The notes under the pieces were generated by a model, which saw nothing but the letters and a program-made list of their open reading frames with translations, was not told the origin of the DNA and did no database searches. This document shows positions 54,448-64,000 of a stretch of 64,000 bases of DNA, piece after piece (the stretch's first letter is position 1; every line of letters begins with the position of its first letter). The position numbers were made by a program, and so were the translations under genes. The DNA comes from Microbotryum violaceum (Eukaryota). The stretch spans positions 806,001 to 870,000 of the forward strand of contig CDLV01000015.1 of assembly GCA_001244265.2 (NCBI GenBank). Direction: 5' to 3'.

Positions 54448-57224
54448 ATGGAAGCCTTAGAATCATTCTTCAACCGCGTCAACACCCACCTCGACTCGAC
54501 TGGAAATAGGCGCGTCTCCCCCACGACCACGGCGATGACCACGGCAGCAGCGATGACCAGGGCAGCAGCGCTGACGAACGCTTCCGGCACGCTTCGGGTA
54601 AAGTCAGAGCACGACGACGACGACGATGCAGCCTTGGAGTGAGTTCACACGACGGTACGAGGGTACAAAGTTGTCTAAATTGTACGCTCCTCTTGGTCGT
54701 CTACAGTCTCCGACCCACCAAAAAGCGCAGACGGTCCGGCAAAGTACTCGACGTTTGGAGGGCCCAGACCGCCGCCGCTCTTTCAGCCGCATCCTCAGCC
54801 TCCGACTCATCAACGACTTCATCCCCGACTTGCGGTGTCGTCGTCGTCCAACAGAATCGATTAGGACCACTCAATTTAAGACCGAGTAGTCCGATGGCGA
54901 GGATAGGGAAGAAGGAGATGAACGCTTCCCTATATTGGCATTTGATATCACGTGCGTCTCACCGGGTTGGAGGGAGGTAAAATCTTCCCGGGGAGGGAAG
55001 ACTGATCTCATCTTCTCCGACTCGTTCAGTCTCGGCACAAGCTTCGAAATTCGTTACCATTGGGGCGAGGACAGTGGAGGATGTGTTGAGCACCATTACG
55101 AGGAGGACGTCGGCCGATGCTGAAACACGCTATGAGAACGTGAGCTCCTGTTTCCTCACATTCCGGATTTCGATCATGAAGAACCCACCTCATGGCCCTC
55201 CATTTCCAGGTCGTGCTCGCCTCCCTCGCCGCCATCGGTGCGCGTCGTTCCTTCCATTCCAGTATAACAGGTATCATGGCCCCTTCGCTCCTTTCCTCCC
55301 CCGACGAATTGACGACCCTTGCTCTAGGGGAGAGGAGGGACCCGGCGTGTTCGAGTTTGATTGCTAGGGCTGTGGAGACGGCGGAGAGGTCGGGCTTGTT
55401 CGATGATTTGGAGGGGACGTCGATGGAGGTGATGAATATCCTCAGGATTGCAACTTCGGGTGAGTGGGGTCGTTCGAAGTGATGGGAGTTTCCTCGAAAG
55501 TGGGGCTGATGTCCCACCCCCCTATTTTTGCTCATATCATTAGCCGGAGCCAGCTCCGCCTCCTCGTCCGTCACGAACAAGCGTCCCTTCACGACCAACA
55601 TAGTCCAAAACTCGCATCGTTTACGACTCATCGATAACATGCGCAAGAAAGGCGTAGGCGCATTGGTGATTGCTAAACACGGCGATCCGACGACGAGGTT
55701 GGCGGGCAGGACGTTGGAAGGGGATACGTTACTGGTGTTTGATGCCTATGATGCGGTGGTAATGGGAAAGGAGTTGGTTGTGTGAGTTGGGTTGGTTGTA
55801 TGGGAAAGGGGAGTCCCGACAAGTTGGCTGATCTCCTGGCTTCTTCATACCACTCACTACAGACAGGACGAGATGCTCGACATCTATGGGCTCGAACAAG
55901 CTCAAATGGATTATGCATCCCCCATTACGAGAATTGAAGAACGGACGATTACCTCAGACGCGTGCAACAAAGATGCCCCAGCAGAGTGGGATGACGTGCA
56001 ACTTGACAATATTCGACAACTTCGGTGGTTGGCTAAGTTGAGGTTGCAAGGTGAGAACGAGCTCAAGCATTAACCTCACCTGAACTTTATCCCGTGCATC
56101 GGTGTTCTAGTCGATCTGACCATTTGGGTCTGGTCTGTATAGACCCTGATTTGAGCTCGAACGTCCTCCAAGTTTTTCAACATCTTTTCGCGACCGTCGA
56201 TGAAAGGCTTCGAGACCTGCACGACGTGCGAAAGATGGTGCGCAAGACGCCACATTTCTTTGCTGGTAAGCTCTAGTCCAACTAGTCTGAAACCTTTACT
56301 TGATTGACAGTCATTGCCTCACCACGCCTTCCCCGTAGTCCCCCTCCTCACCCTCGTCGCCCTCGTGACCGAAGCCGAGCGAAGGGCCTCAAAAGACCCC
56401 ACCTCCATAGAGGGGCAGAGGATCGTAGAGGGTGCGCAATTGAGGTTCCTCAAGTGGTTGAGGTTGTTCGTTCAGATGATTGGATTGGTGAGGTTTGAAT
56501 ACAGCGTTGGATAAATTCTCGAGAGAAGGGGTGGTGGAGCTAAACGGACTTTGTTTCGGGGCGGGTCTCATAGATTGGTGATTCCTATGCCGATAATCAC
56601 ACCCGTGCGATCTACGTCATCAAACTAGTGCGTACACCCCAACCCTTACCACTTCTCAATCCTAATAACCCACCCCCTCCACAATCACAGGACTTCCTTC
56701 TCACCTGGATACCCCTCGCCATCCTCGGAGCCCAACACCATGCGCTCCAAACCGGACCTTTGAAGGAAGCAGAGTTTGATTTCGACAGTTTGAGGATCTT
56801 GCATCGCGCGCTCAAGTTGGCGACGACGGTGTATAAGAGTGCTTGTACGTCTGGGAGGGGTTTGGGCTACACTATTATGTCGAGGTTTGGATCGGTTTAG
56901 GACGGAGTGCTGATGTTGTCTTGTTTGTTGGGATGGGTTCGACAGCTCCGATGGAAGTTAAACTCTCTCGCGCTTTAGCGGAGGTAGGAGAACTGCACCC
57001 ACCTTCCACCACCACCCGTCCACACGAGGAAGGAACGGATTTCTCTTCTTCCACTCAAGTTCGAACGGCGTCTTTCGCATCATCAGTTGAGGTAAGTTGG
57101 TTCTCCGCACCAAGTTTCACCTCTGAGAAGGGACTCGAGCTCATTTCTGTTTTCATAGGTCGAGCCGACTTTCTCCGCGGCTGAAATGGTGCAAAGGGCT
57201 TTGAGGGACTTGGAGGGGTGGTAG
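54448..57224 (+). CDS. Hypothetical multi-exon protein of unknown function
   Basis: Chain of ORF pieces bounded by canonical splice sites (e.g. donors 54639, 55140, 55460, 57092; acceptors 54707, 55210, 57158). Plausible last exon ends ...RDLEGW*. No family recognised. Confidence 0.55.
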
Positions 57225-57841
57225 GTGGGAAAAGAAAAAGAAAATACACAAAAGTAGTTAAGGGATATGGCTTATGAAGTATACGGGTGTGCTTGGGCGT
57301 TCAGTTCGACTGTTCATCTTGTTGTACACCTTTTGATCACCCCTCTTGTAGCAAGAAATAAAGTTCGGATCGTTTTATCCACTTTTAAACCAGCCTCAAA
57401 GAGCATCTCTCCCAAAGGAGCGTAGAATGAACTTGGCAAAGTCCCAAGCGTTTCAAAAACGAATGAAGAAAGGAAGAAAGACACGAAAAAAAGAACAGTA
57501 AGAAAAGCACCCGGCCAAGAAAGTCCCCTGTATGTACGAACGAACACGGAAACAAAGAAAGGAAGCAAAGGAGGGACCAGCGAAAGCAAAACAAACAGAC
57601 AGAAACATTCCCTAGGATCGGGCCATGTGCGTGTGTGCGTATGTATGTGTATGGGCAAGGGTGAACGAGTGATGGACGACAAGCGTGCATGTCGGGGGGT
57701 AAACAAATTTGCGATAAGGGATGCGAGGGGTAAAAGACGGAAGGATAAGGGAACGAACAAACGAGGGTTGCGAGTGAGGGGGAGGCGTGGAAAGACGAAA
57801 GATGCACAGACAAAAGGGGAGTAAACCAGCTCCAAGGGTCA

Positions 57842-60800
57842 CTAATCGACACTCGCGAACAGGATCAGCGTCGGATGCCCCGACGACCCCTGCCCCGCAT
57901 TCCTCACGTCCTCCATCGCCATCAACACGTCCTCATCACTCGTAATGGCGATTTTGTCTCCGTCCTCATCGAGGTACTTGAGACGGAGGAAAGACGCATC
58001 TTGCAATGTCCGACCGCAAAGACGAATCTTCTTGAGGACCTTGTCGAGCAACTCGGCGTACGAAACTGTCGCGAGGACGACGACGACAAAGGTGTCTTCG
58101 CTGTAGGTGACCTTGACGCGCACGGCTGAGGATGGAGCGGAGACGCTGTTGGACCGGGCGGCGTCGTGTGGGAGAGGCGGGTGGGGAGCACTCGAAACGG
58201 GGGAGGTGGCGTTCGAGTAGATGGGCCCAGCGGACGTGTTGGAAGTCGTCGAAGACCGGTCGGTGTGGTTGCTCGATGAGCTGAACCTCTTCATGTGCGT
58301 TGACGCCGACGACTGCGACGCCAGTGTGCTCGCACCCGAGTTGGTCGCACCCGGTTGCTTCTTGCTGTTGCCTTCACCGTTCGTCGAGGCGTACGCATAG
58401 GGATGGGAGGACGCGCCGTTGCGGGAAGACCATTCTTGGTCGGCCGCCGAGGTCGAGGTCGTCATCGCGCCGCCGAATTGTTGTTGCTGTTGCTGATGCA
58501 TGTTGGGGCTGCTCGCCGATCGGTTGCGAAGCATCGCCGGGGCTTGTGGTACGGCCGTGGTGCCGTACGAGCCCTGTCGTTGCATCGGCGCGGCCGAGGC
58601 CTGGTGTCGCAACGGCGGTCGGCCGCTGTAATCGTGGCCACCGTCCTGATCAATTTGCCCGGGCCCTCTCGGGTATGCTGACCCCCACTCGGTGCTCTGC
58701 TGTGACCGCAGTTGGTGATTGCTCGCTGAGGGTCGGACATTGCGATCATTCGGATAAGCGCTCGCTGCCCCTCGCGGCAAACTCGGTGTCTGAATCCGCC
58801 ATTCGTTGATGAGGGCCGACGACGAATCCTGTGTCTGTGCTCGCGGGCGATTCGCCGGATCGCCCGGCGCTCCACGTTGCTCGGCGGGCAAGGACCGTGT
58901 CGCCACACCTGCTCGTCGAGGAAGGCTACCCGCGTAGCCATGTAAACTCGGCGTTGATCGGCCCGATTCGGTCTGGTTCTGATAGTTCTCGTCGAGGTCG
59001 TCTTCAAACTCGTTGGCATAAGGGTTGCTACTCCGTACGGCCATCGACGACGCCTGGGAGCTGTTCCAGTCGTTCCCGAACGCGTACCCTGATGGCCCGA
59101 TGCTCGGACTGAACTCGGTCATTGGCGTCTGCGGGAATTGCGAGATGGGCGAGTTCATGCCGCGTTCGGATCGTCGACCGCCGGAGAGATGGGCTTGTCG
59201 GCGTCGCAGTGGCGCCTCTTCGACCGCTTTGGTGATCGTCCGTTGCCATTGCTTGAGCAGCTCCTCGGTGCGACATCGCATCGTGAAGGCCTCCTCCGCG
59301 ACGTCGCCTCGCCATCTGACATCGAGCAAGCATTGGCCTGTGAAACCGCCAGGTATGTGCTTTTTTCAGCCTTCGTGAACACGGACACCGGCTCCCTGGT
59401 TCGAGATCGCCGGACTCACCTCCGACTCGGCTCGGCACCGCGCCCGTGACGTTGTTGATAAAAATCCGACCCTTGAGCAAGAGCATCGTCGGCCGTCGTG
59501 TTGACGAGGTCGGTATCGGCCGCCTGATCATCGAGTTGCTCTTGCTGTTCTTCTTGTCCTTGGGGTTCGGCGGCGCCTCCTTGCAGCACAGGATGATGCG
59601 TTCAAAGAGGTAGATGATGTATTCGCGCTCGGTGTCATTTTTGATGACAACAAAGGGTTCCATCAGTAACAACTCGCCGAAGGAGTTGATATCGTGCCCC
59701 TTCCAGTCGTCGACGCGCGAGCCGAGGTCGAGTACGGCCTGGTGCATGTCCTCGCGTCGCTTCGTCTCGTTGACACGATCAGTCACGCGCATGATGGCGG
59801 CGTGGCCGGCTTGCAGTTCGAGGTAGTAAGGGCTCGATTCGGGGGTGTTTTTCACGAGCTGACCAAGAAGGAGCGGGTATTTGCAGATGCGCTGCACGGG
59901 TTTAATGAGCAGGGGGGCAAGTTCGGAGACGGGGTCGAGGACGTGCGAAAGTTTCTGTGTGTGCAAAGCGCGTAACCTAGGATGTCAATAACGCAAAGGC
60001 GTGTCGTGTCGCATTCGTGTCAAGATCAAGCCCGTCCCACTCACAGATAAGGCGGTATTCTCCGCAATGGCGAGATCTTGGGCGGCGGTAAGATTCGAGC
60101 AGTAAGGTTCGTAGACGGCAAAGTGATCCTCCATTTGCAGGAAGAGATGACCGAATCGTTGCTCCTCGGGTGGTCGACTCGCATTCGCTTCGACACCGAT
60201 AAGGAACCGTCGTTGGAAGTCGCACAGGGTGTTGAGGTTGAGGAAGAGGTTGTGGATCTGATCCTGGGTAATGATGTCATTGGATTGGACTTGACGTTGA
60301 TAGTCCTGTGGGGAGCCAGGGGGGAATGATCAGAGTTGGGCTGCAGCAGGTGCGATGGGAGGGGGGAATTGGCAGGTGAAAGGGCTAGTGCGAAGACCCC
60401 TCGCTGGACAACGTGCCCACGATCCATGTGGCGCCCTGGAAAGGAGACACCCCAGCTGTGTCGGGCTTTCAAAGGGAGGGTGTGCGGCAGGGCCGTGCCG
60501 ACCGATAATCCGACAGGTGATAACGGGGTCGTAGGGCATAGCTCATGCCAGGAAGAAGGAAGACTGACCTGTAGAACCTCGAGGTCCTGGACGTATTTGC
60601 GTTCAGAATCCAGTATCTCGCGGACGATCATGCTCCTCTCGTCCGAGGGGCCCGCCGGTGCGAGCGGAACCGCCGGGGTCGCCTTGGGAGGCAGCAGTCG
60701 ACCCTGATCCTCCAACAGGTTCAGCACTTTGGTGACCGTATTTATGACCTGTAAAAGAGTCAAGCCACGGGTACGATTGATTGTGAGTGAGTCAGCTCGA

Positions 60801-61552
60801 TTCGAGTGGCATCTTCAGCGCTGTCCCCTTTTCCACCTCCGTGACAGGAGCAACCATGACCATCCCCTGGTAGCAGCTGCAACACCCACCTTGACGACGC
60901 CGTTCGTGTCCTGTCCATAGAGCTCGTGGATCGCAAACAGATCGGTGTCGGGGAACTTGAGGTCCTGCTTGCACGCCATGACAAAGTGCGCGGTCCCCTT
61001 CTGACACGCCTTGAGGTTGAGCATTGTCGCCTGCGGGTTCACCTCGAGGCGTCGCTCGAGTTCGAACGCGTTGAAGAGGAAGCACAGCGAGGCGCCCAAG
61101 CGCAGCATCTGCAACGAACGCGAGACCGGATCGGTCGAGATGGCCATGTGCGCCTCGTTCTCGTCATCGGGCTTGGCGAAGCGGTCGGTGAAGCCTGGCA
61201 CCCGGTCCAGTCGGTCGAGCACGGCGCGACAGTTCTGGTACAGCGACGACGAGGCAGTGGCCTGGCGGTTCACGACCGAGTTGGTCGCCACGGGGGCGTC
61301 GCCAAAGGTCGACGGCATGCGGTCGAGCAGAGGGCGTTGCGTCGCCGCAGACGTGAGCGGCGGCGATTCGTTCGCGCCGGCGGACGCAGCTGTCCAGTCA
61401 GGCGCGCGCGTCGGGCGGTGAGTTTGGCAGTTGGTGAGTGAGGCCGGTCAGGGTCACAGCGGCACAGTCATCGTCAGCCAACAGTGAGCCGACCGCGGAA
61501 CCGATCGCGTCATTCGCCACTACACCGAGCGGACGCAGCTTCACTCACCCAT
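57842..61552 (-). CDS. CDC24: Cdc42 guanine nucleotide exchange factor (CH-DH-PH-PB1)
   Basis: CH-like RLGASLCFLFN...DTNGVVK; DH EILDSERKYVQDLE and LIKPVQRICKYPLLL; PH YLFERIILCCKE and LKGRIF; PB1 KYLDEDGDKIAITSDEDV. First coding exon is ATGG (61552-61549), followed by intron 61548-61390. Confidence 0.95.
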
Positions 61553-62574
61553 GATGGACTACTGAAGAGTCACACAAATACACGCCGGTCCGAACACGCG
61601 ATCGACAAGGGGAGTGAGTACAAGCGAGAGGGGGGAAGGGCGTGACAGTATTAGCGGAAGCGCGCACTAGCACGCAGTGGCGCACGGTTCGCGACTCGCT
61701 CTTGCACTCACTCACGCAGGCCCACTGAAGCGCGCGCGCGCCGTTCGACCAAGGAAGCGTTTTACTAATCGACGATCGAACCCTCAGTCCCTCCAATCAA
61801 GGCCAGCCAGCCTATTGCCGGCGATCCTTCATTCAAGACGTGCAGTCCACAGAGACTCGGCTGCTTCAGAGGCGACTCATTGACCTGCATACAGTCAGCC
61901 TTTAGCACTAGAAGGAAGTGATGTCGACAAATACACCCCGTCTCAACAAAACAACACATCCCAAGCCCTTTCACTTTCATCACCTTTCAATGATGGAAAC
62001 CGCTTGGGACCGGGATCTAGAGTCGGCATCTGGAGTCGGGCGGGACCTTTCAGATCTTCTTTTCAGAGCATGCCGGAAAGCTTATCCCCACCTCGGACCC
62101 AACAGCGAACCCAACAGCTTGTATTTATGTACCCCCAGTATATGTCCGAGCGAAAAGTAACAGAAATATGTAGTCTATTCCATGCTCTACAGGCTGGCGT
62201 CTCCCCGCGAAGTAGCAAGCAAACGTGAGGAAGGCTCACTGCAGTGAAAGCGGTCCGGCAGCCGCCCGGAGGAGCCAGGGGTAGCCTTCGAGAATAAAGG
62301 GAACCCTCCGTCTATCTCTTTCTCGGGTCGGATCTTGGTGAGCGAAGCACCATAATAAATCGCCATATCTATAGCCACGCGCTGAATTTATGTCCTATCA
62401 TGATGTGAGCAAAACAGCTGCAAGCCTGCGGTTAATAGGGTACATGTACAAGCATACACGTTCGAGGGCCGCACAGGAACGGTGCGGTTAGGGTTCAGTA
62501 GTTGGCAGGGAGGTAGGCTCCTGCAGAGTGTCGGCTTGAGCCTCGAGTGAAGAGGCCGTGTCTGTTGACGTCGT

Positions 62575-62793
62575 CTAGGGTCTCAACCTCGTAAAGGGGG
62601 TTCGGTCGGGGACGGCGGATCCCGAAAGCGACGTCCCCCTGTTAGGGTGGTGTGCATGTAGGGCCTCGTTCGCCAGCGCGTGCTCGCCTGAAAAGGTTGA
62701 CAGGGATTCTTCAAAACGTTTCAGGAGTAAAGCATACATCATAGCCATGACTGGGCGACGAGATCCCGGAGGGAGTGGTGGTAATAATACCAC
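62575..62793 (-). pseudogene. Fragmentary inverted paralog of the ORF at 62967
   Basis: LPPLPPGSRRPVMAMMYALLLKRFEESLSTFSGEHAL matches LPPLPPEARHPVMAMMDSSLLKRVEQTLAAFLDEHEL in the + strand ORF. Confidence 0.7.
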
Positions 62794-62966
62794 ATTCCAC
62801 GGTCGCGTTCATTTCTTAAGCCCGCGAAATCTGCTTTTTTTTCCGGTTTAGTGGAGTTTTAGGCCATCTTAGAAATGAACGCCCCGCGAGCGCGCGGCCG
62901 CGTTTAGCCACTCTGAAACGCCCCACCACCCACCCCCAACCCCCATTTGTACTCCCCAGCCTTGAC

Positions 62967-64000
62967 ATGTCGTTCGGAAAACCCGAGGTCAACTTATCCG
63001 GCCCCTTCTGCGCACTGCCCGCTCCGGACTGGGATTTAGCAGTGCATGGACGATGTGGAGCGGTGCTCCAACCGGCTCATCGCTCGACGCGCATCCCGAA
63101 CGAGTTGCCACCACTTCCTCCCGAAGCTCGTCACCCCGTCATGGCCATGATGGACTCGTCGCTTCTGAAACGCGTCGAGCAGACCCTGGCCGCCTTCTTG
63201 GACGAGCACGAGCTCTCGAGCGCCGTCCTCTCCAAGAATGTGGAGCTGCTGAAGCAGACGCCAGCCGCGCTCCTGTGTACCCGCGGACCTACGTGCACCG
63301 CTATCATCCACGACCTTCGGATCCGAGTGCTCGAGCCACTCCTCCAATTCCTCCTGAACCAACTGGAGCTAAAAAGCAACCGGGGCGTCCCCAAGTCCGC
63401 ACTATCGTCTCCAGTTTCGCCCTCAGGACCCGTCCCAGCCGGATGGAGTCACGTTGGCCTTGATGAAGGATCGTCCTGGAACGTGCGTCGCTCTAATGGT
63501 TATCCACTTTGAGGAGGATGACAATTTCCTCTCCTTTGGCCCTCAAATCAACCTGTTCGCGCGAAAAGGCGAGTGCAGGTATCACCTTCACCACGATCGC
63601 CCGATTCCTCTCCAGAACGGCGGCAGAAGTCATGGAGCGCAAGCCATCTTGAACAAGGTCTAACCTCTGAAACTGAGCTTATACTGGTGCCCACTCCACT
63701 GATGACCTCGTACTTTGACTTCTTGTTCAGCTGGCGTTGCTGATGGAATCGGCGGTCGAGCGCCACCCCGAGACCGGCGAGGTCATCGTTCCTGTACGAT
63801 TCGGCATGATCCTCAGCACTCAACTGGGCATCTTTGCCGAGGCCAGTGCGTACCCGTCTCGTGTTTTCGTTCTCGCCCGCGCACAGAGCTTATGTGATTT
63901 GCGCTTTCCCAGTTGTGAAACCGCAGAACCCCAACGACTTTGGGCTCATTTACTCGCCGCTGTTTCACACAATAGGCGCGATACACTATCTCGATAGGGA
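62967..64000 (+). CDS. Hypothetical protein (3'-truncated by window) with an apparent +1 frameshift near 63370
   Basis: ORF from ATG 62967. Coding-like sequence continues in the +1 frame after CTAAAAAGC, through intron ~63658-63730 (AILNK|LALLMES). Confidence 0.55.

Noticed and set aside
31618-61552. Mating-type or polarity gene cluster (RHO2, CDC24, ROT1)
   Set aside because: No pheromone precursor, STE3 receptor or homeodomain gene was seen, and the genes are separated by unrelated loci.

Overview
Intron-rich fungal genomic DNA. The short GT-AG introns with CTRAY-type branch points and the protein families point to a basidiomycete, probably a Pucciniomycotina-type yeast (inference). Splice models were read by eye. 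Conserved genes in order: ABCC/MRP-type ABC transporter (5'-truncated), AMP-binding acyl-CoA synthetase, Ser/Thr kinase, PCK1, VPS45, a secreted protein with KR-delimited repeats, ALG7, a low-complexity coiled-coil protein, RHO2, a DEAH helicase (DHX33/Dhr2-like), ROT1, a stand-alone vWA protein, SNIP1/PML1 FHA protein, an unknown multi-exon gene and CDC24. Three accessory islands lie between them. The first is a scrambled Helitron helicase relic with an internal inverted duplication (33.8-34.8 kb). The second (46-54 kb) holds a ~2.1 kb palindrome between ~600 bp direct repeats, a non-LTR retrotransposon relic and a FunK1-like kinase pseudogene. The third is a head-to-head pair of related unknown ORFs (62.6-64 kb). 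The strongest leads are the palindrome/hairpin locus, the KEX2-type repeat protein, a candidate poison exon in ROT1 and an ATG-TAA uORF overlapping the PCK1 5'UTR splice donor. No rRNA, tRNA or CRISPR array was seen.
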